Below are positions 43,886-54,982 of a stretch of 54,982 nt of DNA, in pieces. This DNA is from Prorocentrum cordatum. Lineage: Eukaryota. The notes below the pieces were generated by a model. The model saw only the letters and a list, made by a program, of their open reading frames with translations, was not told the DNA's origin and ran no database searches. The DNA is taken from positions 62,001-116,982 of the forward strand of contig CAUYUJ010000195.1 of the NCBI GenBank assembly GCA_963575745.1, given 5' to 3'. Position 1 is the first letter of the stretch, and each line of letters begins with the position of its first letter. The position numbers were made by a program, and so were the translations under genes.

Positions 43886-44584
43886 AAAAACCCTGGTCAG
43901 TCTGGGATCTGGAGGCCGTCGGGAGCCGCGCAGGGCGCTGCGCGCGCGCACTCGGCAGAGCTGCCCCCGGCGAAGCGCACCCCGCCCAGGAGGAGCGTCG
44001 CCGGACAGCGCGCCGGCAGCCTCTCCGTCTACCGGGCGGGTGGTACAGGGCAGGTTTTAATTAGGCGACGAGCAGGGGAAATGATCAGGAGAAGGCCTCC
44101 TCAGAAGGCCGCGGGACTTCTTAGAAGTCCGGGGGGCTTCTGAGACGTTTCCTCGGCCTATTTCGAATGCAGACAGAACTTCTCAGAAGCCCTCTAAGAA
44201 GTCCAGAAACTTCTCAGAAGCCTCGGAAGTCCCGCCCCTTTTCATTTCCCCCCCGCGCCCGCCGCCGATTAATACATAGGATGTATAAAAAAAACAGTTG
44301 GATTTCTAATACATGGTTAGTGCATGGCTAAATTTATGCATGAGCTCATCGCTGTTTTTAGTACTAAGCCCTTGCATAATGCATGATCCGCGCGCGGAGC
44401 ATGTATGAATAACGGCACTGCAAGGGGGGATGGCCTACATGGGTGGTGCAGAAAAGGGCCCCCGAGGTGCCCTTCAGGGCCCCTGGTGGCTTCAAGAGAG
44501 GCCCTAAAAAGGAGCCCCCTCTTAGGGCCCCTTGTCTTCTTCACTCCCCAGTCCAGGCACCCCCCATCCGGAGGGCACCAACTA

Positions 44585-44723
44585 TATACACCAACACCGA
44601 TCCTGGCCCAGGACCACCCTGGGCCCAGGATCGGTGTAGATGCCTTCTTGCCAGAGGCAGGAGGGCGTATACACCGATCCTGGGCCCAGAGTGATCCTGG
44701 CCAGGATCGGTGTTAGTTGGTGC
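44585..44723. mobile_element. small palindromic element (CACCAACACCGATCCTGGCCCAGGA termini)
   Basis: Inverted and nested ACACCGATCCTGG repeats. Confidence 0.6.
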
Positions 44724-47700
44724 CTTCCTGCCCATCGCCGCCCGCCCGATTCTGCCCGGGGCACGCCCTCCCAAGCGCGCCCGCCGGCGTCGCGGCACTG
44801 GCGCCGCACCAGAGGCGGACGACGCGGCCGGACCCTGGCGCGAGGCGCGCGGCCGCGGTGACCGCCCAGCGAAGGGGGCGGCGAGCATGGCGCCCGAGCG
44901 TGCGGGGTCGTCTCCGACGCCGCGCCGCGGCAGCGGCGCCGGCGGGAGCGCGCGTCTGGCGAGCGAGGCGCAGATGCCACCTAGAGGCCCACAGGAAGCC
45001 GCCCAAAGGCTCTGAAAAGCTCCCAAATACGCCCTTGGATGACTCCCGCTCCGGGAGCCAGGGGCCCCCAGGGGTCGGCGGTGCGGCGTAAGTCATAAAT
45101 CCACGTCTGCAAGGGACGTGCTGAGCAGCAGCATGTTTCGACGAACGCCTCAATGCAACGTGGCCTATGTGTCCCATCTTGTATACTTGCGATCGAGTGT
45201 ACTACTTGACACTCTCATGTGCCCCCCCTGCCCCCCCTGGAGTCGCGACGTATCGGCGGACCAAGTTGACGGCCCCCATTCTGGGTTTCAAAAATGCACC
45301 AACGTATGGGGAAGTCACCTGTGTCGGCGTCTCGGGCCCCCTGGGGGTCCACGAGGGCCTCAAGACGGCTCAAGATGGTCTCAAGACGGCCCAAGACCCA
45401 AGATCACCGTCAGTAAGCTCAAGATGGCCCCAAGATGGCCCAAGAGCCTCCAAGACGGCCCCAGAGGGCCCCAATAGGGCTCCCACGAGCAGCCCAAGCA
45501 GCCTCCAAGATGGTCCAAAGACGGCCCACGAAGCCCCCAAGAGGGCCCCACGACGGCCCAAGAGGGCCCCAAGGTGGCCCAAAGAAGCCGCCAAGACAGT
45601 TCAAGAGGCTCCCAAGACGGCCCAAGAGGACCCTAAGAGAGGCCCAAGGTGGCCCCGAGAGGACCCAAAGACGGCCTCCGAAGGGGCCAGACGGCGCAAG
45701 AGCGCCGCTTGAGGGCCAAGGCGCCCTCGAGATGCCCAGGATGCCCGAAAGAGGCCCTCAATAGGCACCAAGAGGCCTCCCAGAGGCCTTCCAGAGGCCC
45801 CCAAGAAGCTCCCAGGAGGCCTTCGAACAACTGGACTGTACTGGCCCTGGCCCCTGGGCCTGGCCGAAGGCTCTTCGCTCCTCCTGGCCCTGGCCTTAGG
45901 GCGTCGCCCCAGCCCCTTGAAACATTGATTCGCTTGCACGGCCACGTTCTAGGAGCTCTTTCTGTTTGTGGCCGTGGTCGTCAGGCTCCTGTCCCTGTCC
46001 CCGTCGTAATTCTCCGGCCCCTGGTTTTGTTTTCAGCCCCTCGCCTCGTCCCCCCTCCCCTCCCCTGGTCTTCGGGCCCACGGCCCTGGCCACTGGTCGC
46101 GACTCTTGGGCGCTCCCTCGTGCAGAAACCAGGGCACGCGTCCCAAATGTGACTGAGTTGCAATCATATGTCAATTGAAACCACTTTGAAAGCTGCTTCG
46201 ACAAACGCGAGTCATTTGAAAGCATCTAAACACTTCTAAACGAATTAGAACCACCTGAAACAAACTATAATCAAGTGGAACCACTCAAAACAATTATACT
46301 TGATTGAAACCAGCTGGAAGCAATCAACAACACCTAGCAAAGCAACTTTAACTTATCCTGGCGAGGGGCCCGACCATGTGCAGGTGTGAGTACCACAAGA
46401 CAAGAGCTGAGGGGAAGGCCAGCAAAAAAATAAGGCGCGCGTGGGAAGGACGGAATGACATTGCCGATGGGGTCGCAGCAGTCAGCCGTGACTGGTCACA
46501 TCTAGATGTGCCCTGTTGCGGATGATATGCGCGTCTGTCGGCGCCGCCCTGGGGAGCAGCAGGCGGCGGGGCCTCCGGTGGAGCTCCCTGTGGGAACAAG
46601 AAGCGTGCGAGGAATGTGCCCAAATCAGCGCACTCACGCACGCGAGTACTGCCACTAGGGCCTTCGGTGGGGCGCCCCATGGGGACACGAAGCGTGTAAG
46701 GGGTACGCCACAATGGGCGGGGTCACGCATGTGATTCCTGCCATTGTGGCCTTCGGTGGATCTCCCTATGGAGCCACGAAGCGTGTGAGGGGTGTGCCAA
46801 AATGGGCGCGGTCTCGCATTCGATTCCTGCAGCTGGGGCCTTCAGCCCCCATAAGGGGCCACAAAACGTGTGAGGATCAAAAGTACGGGTTGAACAGAAG
46901 TTGCAACGACAATGACAAGGACACCCTCAGAGGGCCAGGGAAGGAAGCCTCACCACAGGCCCCACCTTCTTGCTTCATCCTCCTGTTCATTATCTTCCCT
47001 CCTCACTCCTCCTGCTCCTCCGTCCCTCATTCTTCCTGGCCCCAGGCTGGCCCATCCATCGCCTTCCCTACTTGCAGTTCCTTCGTCCTCCTTCTCCCGT
47101 CCTCCCTCCTCCCTCTTCCACGCACCATCGCCCGTTCTCCCCCTGCTGTCTTTTCTCCAGTTCCTGCCTTCCCCCTCCTCCCTCCTGCCTGCGGCCCCGG
47201 ATTACTGGACGATCGCGCGGTGCTCTTAGAGCTCTCATGAGGCGCTCCCGTACTTCGTTTGGTCTCTCGTTGGGGCTGTCTTGGAGGCTCCCAGGGCCGC
47301 CTTTGGGGCGTCTTGGGGTCTCATTGGGCTGTCTGGGGCTCTCCGAGGCCGTCTGTGTCTCTCTTAGGGCCCTCTTGGCGCTTTCTTAGCGCTCTCTTGG
47401 GCCGTCCTGGGGCCCTTTTGGGCCGGTTCGCGGCCGTCTTGTGGCCGTCTTGGGTAGGATTAGGGCCAGCTGGGAGCTTTCATGGGGCCCTTTTGGGCTG
47501 TCTTGTGGCGCTGTTGGGAGTCCCTGAGGCCTGCTCGGATGGTCTGAAGACAAAACAATGTGTAATTCTCACGAAACCTTGGGGGAATCAGTGAGTCTTG
47601 ACTGTCAGGAGCCTATTGGAAACAGTCTCGGGCCGCTCTTGGAGTGTATTGGGAGTTTCTGGGCAGCCTTGTAGCCCTCATGGGCCGTCTTGAAGTCCAC

Positions 47701-47910
47701 TCGGGCCGTCTTCTAGACATCTTGGGCCGTCTTGGGCCCATTCAGGGGCCACCTTGGGCGCCATCGGAGCCGTCCAGGGACAGCCTTGGGACGCTTCGAG
47801 CCCCTGTTGAGGCGCTTGGGGGACGCGGCCTCCCATTCAAGGTCCCTGCCCAGCCCCACTGGGACGAGGACGCTCTGAAAACAGACACAGACGTATACAC
47901 ACACGTGTGC

Positions 47911-47951
<41 letters not shown>

Positions 47952-47965
47952 CACTGTAAAAGCAA

Positions 47966-48040
<75 letters not shown>

Positions 48041-48111
48041 AAGAGAGAAGCATACTGTATAGAGCGACGGAGAGAGAGAGAGAGAGAGAAAGAGAAAAAA
48101 AGAGACAACAA

Positions 48112-48142
<31 letters not shown>

Positions 48143-49058
48143 AAAAAAAGAGAAAGAGAGAGAGAGAGAGAGATACACGTATACATATGCATAGCGAGAG
48201 AGAGGAGCATATATAGAGCGAAGGAGAGAGAGAGAGAGGGAGAGAGAGAGGGAGTGAAACACAAAGAAAGAAAGAGAGAAAGAGAGAGAGGGAGAGAAAA
48301 CAACAAACAATTTATCAACAAGTGACGCGTGTGCACGCCAGGTGCCTCGTCGGGGCAGCGGGGGCACGCCGGCCCCCGCCCGCCAAATGGCCGTATGGCC
48401 GCGCAGACGCCGCCCTCTGACATTCGGCAGCGCTCGTGCTCTTCTCGCAGCGCACGGCCACGAACGACCCCCGTCCTTCGCCTCTGGCCTCCCGGCCTCC
48501 TCCTCCTCCGCCTCGCCCTCCTCCTCCTCCTCCTCCTCCTCCTCGCCCTCCTCCTCCTCCTCGCCCTCCTCCTCCTCCTCCTCCTCCCTCCTCCTCCTCC
48601 TCCTCCTCCTCCTCCTCCTCCTCCTCTTCCTCCTCCTCCTCCTCCTCGCTCTCCTTCTCCTCCTCCTCCTCCTCCTCCTCCTCCCTCCTCCTCCTCCTCC
48701 TCCTCCTCCTCCTCTCGTCCCTCCTCGTCCTCCTCGTCTCCTCGTCGTCCTCCTCCTCCTCCTCCTCCTCCTCCTCCTCCTCCTCCTCTCTCCTCCTCTC
48801 TCGTCCTCCTCCTCCTCCTCCTCCTCCTCCTCCTCCTCCTCCCTCCTCCTCCCCTCCTCTCCTCCTCCCCTCTCCTCCTCCTCCTCCTCCTCCTCTCCTC
48901 CCTCCTCCTCCTCCTCCTCCTCCTCCTTCCTCCTCCTCCTCCTCCTCCTCCTCCTCCTCCTCCTCCCCCTCCTCCTCGTGGCTCCCGCTCGAGAGGCCTC
49001 CGCGCGGCGGCCCCGACGCCCGAGCCCCCCAGCGGCTGCACGGGGGGAACAAGACGTA

Positions 49059-49219
49059 AGTCGGGCCTGTCCCCCTACCGGCCGACTTTAGACGAAAAGT
49101 TAAAAATACTCAATAGATACCCCAAAATATCAAACAATCGTTAAACAAAAAAAAACGTCCCGAGAGCATTTGTTTTTACTATTTCTGCACATTCCCCATG
49201 TCGAGGGACAGGCCCGACT
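49059..49219 (+). mobile_element. MITE family B copy
   Basis: TIRs with TA flanks. Confidence 0.85.
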
Positions 49220-49276
49220 TAGGGCAAACCTGATCGTTTCCAAAGTGGGACGCGCAAAGACATACCAGTACTATAT

Positions 49277-49427
49277 TGAAGGGGCCCTGGGACACAGAAT
49301 AAAGAAATACACATATACCAGGATTCTCCATTTTCGGGTTTTCGTCTTCCCCTCCACTTCCCAGTTTTTCCTATATCTTCTGGAGAGCCGACGATTCCTT
49401 GTGTCTGTGTGTGTTTTCCCCTCCCGA
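49277..49427 (+). mobile_element. family A copy
   Basis: Flanks TATAT / TATCT. Confidence 0.8.
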
Positions 49428-49657
49428 TATCTGTCCTCCTCGGAGGCGCGCGTCCGACCCGAGCATCTATAGCATGCCCATCTGGTAGCATATCGTTTCC
49501 CGAGCGGTGTGGCCAAAAAGCGCCCGCCAGGACGCAAATGCTGGAGGATTCCTCGGTGCGCGCGACGCCCCTTGAGGGGGCGACGCACATATAGTGTAAG
49601 CATGTCGGGGTGATGCCGATCCTAACGGATGCACGGGGGCAAGACCGATCGTCTCCA

Positions 49658-49822
49658 CACCCTGCGAAATGCTTAAGAAATCATGGGTTGAGAAACTCAG
49701 AGTCTCAGAATCTGAATAAAAGCCCAGAACTTCTGTCAAAATCTTAGGATTTACATTGAAACATTAAGAATAATCGAGACCCTCGCCGAAAACTGAAGTT
49801 TTCTTAAGCATCGCCTAGGGTG
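49658..49822 (+). mobile_element. MITE family D copy
   Basis: Homology; CA..CA flanks. Confidence 0.85.
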
Positions 49823-49931
49823 CAGAGCACTGCTGTCGACTGGCCCGTCCTCGCAGGCGTACTGTCAGGCGCACGGCTGGGAACCGCCCGCGCAGCAGCG
49901 GGGGTGGAGGGCGGCTCCTTCGCTTAGAATG

Positions 49932-50099
49932 TGCAGGGGCCCACAAACACACACACACACATAAATACACACAAATAAAACATATTCCCCATATTTTCCC
50001 ATGTTTTCTGGGTTTCTGTCTTCCCCCCACTTCCCATACTTTCCCCTACTTTCCTGGGACCGACGATGCATTCTGTCTGTGTGTTTCTTCCCCTCCTGA
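49932..50099 (+). mobile_element. family A copy with perfect 5-bp TSD GAATG
   Basis: GAATG at 49927-49931 and 50100-50104. Confidence 0.85.
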
Positions 50100-50203
50100 G
50101 AATGGTGGCGCCGGACAGGTTCTCGCCGTGGGGGCCCCGAAAGCCTGCCGTTTCCGACAGCTGCACCGTCGACGGGCAGCTCCCTCTCCACGTCCTGATG
50201 AGC
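50096..50203 (-). CDS. candidate 108-nt exon (LIRTWRGSCPSTVQLSETAGFRGPHGENLSGATIL) between two element-derived introns
   Basis: CAG|G acceptor and CAG|GA donor, both contributed by the flanking elements. Confidence 0.4.
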
Positions 50204-50204
50204 C

Positions 50205-50367
50205 TGTTTTCCACCACCACCACCATAAGTTGGAGGGGGGAAGGAGGAGGAGGAGGGCGAGGAGGAGGAGGACGAAGAGGAGGAGGAGGAGGAGGAGGAG
50301 GAGGAGGAGAAGGAGGAGGAGGAGGAGGACACCCCCGCCAACTTATGATGGTGGTGGTGGAAAACAC
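50205..50367 (-). mobile_element. TIR element with 3-bp TSD (GGC on minus), Introner-like
   Basis: ~33-bp TIR TGTTTTCCACCACCACCAYCATAAGTTGG enclosing (GAG)n; GCC on both + flanks. Confidence 0.65.
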
Positions 50368-50570
50368 GCCCATCACGTCCAGCTCCTGCCCGAGCCGTCG
50401 TCTCGGCGCGTGCCGCTTCCTCTGCAGGGCTGGCCCGCGGCTGGGAGGGCGAGAGCCGTGCCCTCGCCCCATAGGCCGAGGCGAGGGCACGTCGCGTGCT
50501 CTGCGGAGAGGACGTGGCGCGGCGCTCGGCGTGCTCTGTGGCGAGGACGTCTGGCTGAGGCTGAGGCGTC

Positions 50571-50703
50571 GAAGGATTGCAAAAAGGATTGCAACAAAAA
50601 CGAAGGATTGCAAAACAACCCTAGGATTGCAAAAAAAAAAAAACCTAGGTTTTTTGCAATCTTAGGTTTTTTTTTGCAATCCTTCGTTTTTTTGCAATCC
50701 TCC
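50571..50703. mobile_element. palindromic element built of GGATTGCAAAA repeats
   Basis: Left GGATTGC units are mirrored by right GCAATCC units. Confidence 0.7.
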
Positions 50704-50889
50704 ACAGGGCACGCCCGCGGCGCAGGTCGGGGGCGGTTCCCTGCCGAGCTCCTCGCGCCTCGCAGCGCGCGACGCGGCGGGGCCCTCTCCCGCTCTCCCG
50801 CGGCGCGGCCGTGCGGGCTCTCTCGCTCGCCCCAGCCTGCCCGCGCGCAGGAGCTGCGGGCGGGGCCGGGGGGGGGGCACGGCCGGGGG

Positions 50890-51206
50890 GGGGGGAGGGG
50901 GGGGGCACAGACACAGACACAGACACACAGACACACAGACACACAGACACAGACACACAGACACACAGACACACAGACACACAGACACACAGACACACAG
51001 ACACACAGACACACAGACACACAGACACACAGACACACAGACACACACACACACAGGCACACACACACACCATGAATCGTCGATTCCCTAGAAAATATGG
51101 GGAAATATGGGGAGTGGGGGGGGAGACAGAAACCCAGAAACTATGGGAACATGTGGGGAATCTGGTTATCTGTGTGTATTTATTTGTGTGTCCCTGGGCC
51201 CCTTCA
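50890..51206 (-). mobile_element. family A copy (the only reverse one) with internal (ACACAGAC)n expansion
   Basis: Reverse-complement homology at 51065-51206; microsatellite at 50906-51070. Confidence 0.8.
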
Positions 51207-53035
51207 GGTCAGGCTGCCGCCAGCAAGGGAAGCTGCCCCTTCCACGACGCAGCGCTCTGCGCAGCCTCAGGGTGGCGACCGCGTGCCCCGCAAGAGGCGC
51301 GGCCCCGGGGGGCGAGGTGCTCCCTCGACGGGCAACGGGTGCTGCGCGTCCTGCGCAGACGCCTGTACCAGTCCTCTGCTCCTGAACCCGCTACCCCACC
51401 GTCGAGGCGCAGGAAATCGCCAGCGAGCGCACGAGGAACGCTATGGTCTGCCATGTGGAGGGCGGAGGCAAGGAGGTGGAGGAGGACAGCTCCTGTTTGC
51501 CCCCACGATCGCCCAGATGCACGAGGAGCGCTGGAGGGGCAACCACGGAAGGACCCAAGGAACAGCAGGTCCCTCTCGAACCCGAAATATGTCTCACTCC
51601 CCCCATAATGCCTACTCCCCCCATAATGCCTACATGCACATTGAATCCCTTGCCCGAGGGGGGGGGGGTCCCTAGAAGGGCCCCTGGGTCTTGGGGGGAG
51701 GTCTCGGAGATGTCCCAGGGCGTGGGGCGAGGGGGGGGGGGCATGTCCCAGGGCGGGGGGGGGGCCCTCGCTGGAATGACTCGGGCGATCTCGGAGCGAG
51801 CTTGGCCAGCTTAGGGCCGCCTGGACCCGCGAGAACCCTCTCGGGGCCAACCGCGGCCCGCTGGGAAGTCTCGAGGGCCGTCCCGGAGGTCCGAAGGCTG
51901 GCCCAAGGGGCCGACATCTGCCCAATATCCCTGAGGTTTCTTTGAGATCTTGGCATTCTCGCCGCATCGGTCGCAAGAGCGTCCGAGACGGCCCGTGAAT
52001 CCCAAGACCAGCCCACGATGGGCCAAGAGGTGCCCAACAGGCCCACAAGGCGGCCGAAGAGGGGCCCAAAAAACACGCCACTGGTCCACCGCTGGAAGCC
52101 GACTCAACATGACCACCAGAGCCCCAAGAGGGCCCCCAAGACACCCCCAAGGGGCCCCACGACGCACCCGAGTGGGCCACGAAGGTTCCCAGGACTCCCG
52201 CAAGATGTCCCCAAAGCTTTTGGAACATGGCCCAAGCGCAGGTGCGGGAGGAGCCGAGAACCATTCGATTTCCGCCCTCGCATCAAAGCCGCCACTGCTC
52301 CTTGCCCCCGTCCTCCTCCCTCCTCTTGCGCCCAAGCCGTTCACGTCTCAGGGTCGACGGAGCAGGCCATGAGGCATCTGCAATCCCTGCACCGTCTTAC
52401 GAGGAGAGGGGCCTCGGGACGCGAGGATGTACTACAACATCAGTGGCGCGTGCTGGGTTTGCTGCGTTCTCCGCCCCTCGTCCTCCTCCTCGCCCTCCTC
52501 CTCGTCCTCCTCCTTCTCGTCCTCCTCTTAACGCTGATCCGGAAGACGCTTGCAACCGCTGAAATGCGTACTTCGTCCACGGAGTGCCCCGTCGGTATGT
52601 GGACGACTGGCTCGCTGAGGGCCGCCACGGGCGGCGACGCCGCCGGTGGGAACCCGCGAGGCAAGACCTGCGCCTGTTTATCTTAGGATATGCAGACGCC
52701 GATCCGACTCCGACGACGACGATGGCGACGACGAGGGCCAAGGCGACGACTACGACCCAAGCGAGCTGGCTCGTGGGCATACGGCCTGTAACGTTTGCTC
52801 ATGTAGCGTGTCGCCGCGGCGGCTCTGGCTACAAACTATGCCCTGCGAGTGGATAACGTGTCGCTCCGGTTCGCCGGACGGGGGGATGGAACAAGCTCGG
52901 GACGCTGACGCCAATAGGGCCCATGATGTGGACAGCGTGCCGCGCCAAAGCGAGGAGGGCCAGAACCGGCAGAGCGATACGCTGAATCAAAAGCTCCCGA
53001 CCGTACTTTCCGCGAGCTGTCACCCACTACAGTTA

Positions 53036-53191
53036 GGTCGGGCCTGTCCCCCTACGGGGGGATTTTCGACGAATTGTTTTAAATACCCCAAAAAATACTC
53101 CAAAGATGCTCAAAAATTATCTAACATCGTCCCCAGACTATATTTTTTGACTATTTCTGAATATTCCCCCCGTGGAGGGACAGGCCCGACC
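53036..53191 (+). mobile_element. MITE family B copy
   Basis: Perfect TA-GGTCGGGCCTGTCCC...GGGACAGGCCCGACC-TA. Confidence 0.9.
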
Positions 53192-53194
53192 TAA

Positions 53195-53380
53195 TCGACT
53201 CCCCGCAAGAGTGACCCTGGGTAAGAGTGACCTTTAGTGCGCGGCCTTTTTGGGGGCCCAGGGGGGATAAAACACAAGCGCGCAAGACACTTTTACCGCA
53301 TCGCGTTCGGCGATCGGGGGACCCCAATGGGCCCGCACCAAAGGTCACTCCGGCGAAGGGCCCCTCTTACGTGCAGTCGA
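53195..53380 (+). mobile_element. MITE family J copy heading the satellite
   Basis: Homology to 7858-8042. Confidence 0.8.
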
Positions 53381-54982
53381 CTTAAGTTAACGGGCGAAGA
53401 ACGGTATAAAATAAACTTTCCAGCCGCCCAGGGACAGGCGCCCCCGACAGCGAAAAAGTTTATTGTATACTGCTTTTCGCTCGCTGACGTTCGGCGATCG
53501 GGGGACCCCAATGGGCCCGCACCAAAGGTCACTCCGGCGAAGGGCCCCTCTTACGTGCAGTCGACTTAAGTTAACGGGCGAAGAACGGTAATAAAATATA
53601 CTTTTCCCAGCCGCCCAGGAACAGGCGCCCCCGACAGCGAAAAAGTTTATTGTATACTGCTTTTCGCTCGCTGACGTTCGGCGATCGGGGGACCCCAATG
53701 GGCCCGCACCAAAGGTCACTCCGGCGAAGGGCCCCTCTTACGTGCAGTCGACTTAAGTTAACGGGCGAAGAACGGTATAAAAATAAACTTTCCCTAGCCG
53801 CCCAGGGACAGCGCCCCCGACAGCGAAAAAGTTTATCTTATATACTGCGTTTCGCTCGATGACGTTCGGCGATCGGGGGACCCCAATGGCCCGCACCAAA
53901 AGGTCCCTCCGGCGAAGGGCCCCTCTTACGTGGCAAGGTCGACTTAAGTAACGGGCGGAAGAACGGTATAAGAATAAAACGTTCCCAGCCGCCCAGGACA
54001 GTCCCCCCGACACGAAAAAGTTTATTGAATACTGCTTTTCGCTCGCTGACGTTCGGCGATCGGGGGACCCCAATGGCCCCGCACCAAAGGGTCACTCCGG
54101 CTAAGGGCCCCTCTTACGTGCAGTCGGGACCTTAAGTTAAACACGGGCGATGACGGTTATAAAATAAACTGTCCAGCCGCCCAGGGACAGGCGCCCCCGA
54201 CAGCGAAAAAGTTTATTGTATACTGCTTTTCGCTCGCTGACGTTCGGCGATCGGGGGACCCCAATGGGCCCGCACCAAAGGTCACTCCGGCGAAGGGCCC
54301 CACTTACGTGCAGTCGACTTAAGTTAACGGGCGAAGAACGGTATAAAATAAACTTTCCAGCCGCCCAGGGACAGGCGCCCCCGACAGCGAAAAAGTTTAT
54401 TGTATACTGCTTTTCGCTCGCTGACGTTCGGCGATCGGGGGACCCCAATGGGCCCGCACCAAAGGTCACTCCGGCGAAGGGCCCCTCTTACGAGCAGTCG
54501 ACTTAAGTTAACGGGCGAAGAACGGTATAAAATAAACTTTCCAGCCGCCCAGGGACAGGCGCCCCCGACAGCGAAAAAGTTTATTGTATACTGCTTTTCG
54601 CTCGCTGACGTTCGGCGATCGGGGGACCCCAATGGGCCCGCACCAAAGGTCACTCGGCGAAGGGCCCCTCTTACGTGCAGTCGACTTAAGTTAACGGGCG
54701 AAGAACGGTATAAAATAAACTTTCCAGCCGCCCAGGGACAGGCGCCCCCGACAGCGAAAATGTTTATTGTATACTGCTTTTCGCTCGCTGACGTTCGGCG
54801 ATCGGGGGACCCCAATGGGCCCGCACCAAAGGTCACTCCGGCGAAGGGCCCCTCTTACGTGCAGTCGACTTAAGTTAACGGGCGAAGAACGGTATAAAAT
54901 AATCTTTCCAGCCGCCCAGGGACAGGCGCCCCCGACAGCGAAAAAGTTTATTGTATACTGCTTTTCGCTCGCTGACGTTCGG
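53305..54982 (+). repeat. ~184-bp tandem satellite, at least 9 units, running off the window
   Basis: Units start at 53305, 53489, 53676, 53864, 54050, 54242, 54426, 54610, 54793 and 54977. Confidence 0.97.

Noticed and set aside
47713..49144. Poly-E/G/R/P/S ORFs here and at other GAG tracts
   Set aside because: Translations of (GAG)n and (GA)n microsatellites.
53305..54982. CRISPR array, or SL-RNA/5S/snRNA gene array
   Set aside because: The units are wholly repeated with no unique spacers; no SL, 5S or Sm-site motif was recognised; half of the unit is a MITE end.

Overview
Repeat-dense, GC-rich eukaryotic genomic DNA with two 100-N scaffold gaps. The microsatellite load, the AG|G acceptor and GC/GA donor exon candidates, and the repeat style suggest a dinoflagellate, possibly Prorocentrum-like (inference). 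Most ORFs in the track are microsatellite translations. The one clearly recognisable coding unit is the 3' part of a tyrosine-recombinase (DIRS-order, Ngaro/PAT-type) retrotransposon on the minus strand (3765-~6403). It has an RNase H fragment, a YR gene with a frameshift and a catalytic Tyr>Cys change, and a complete B1-A2-B2 split-direct-repeat end. This element, and a second near-identical terminus at 10449, are both joined at the same GTT inside two different diverged copies of a ~160-bp repeat (family A, 12 copies, TG...GA ends, 5-bp TSD). This suggests a repeat-targeting YR retrotransposon. The rest is about ten MITE families (TA, 2-bp and 4-bp TSDs, some with in-window empty sites), a candidate pair of element-derived (Introner-like) introns at 49.9-50.4 kb, helically phased 21-bp repeats, a 6.7-kb (CTA)n tract, a MITE-seeded 184-bp satellite, decayed retroelement ORFs and a few candidate host exons.
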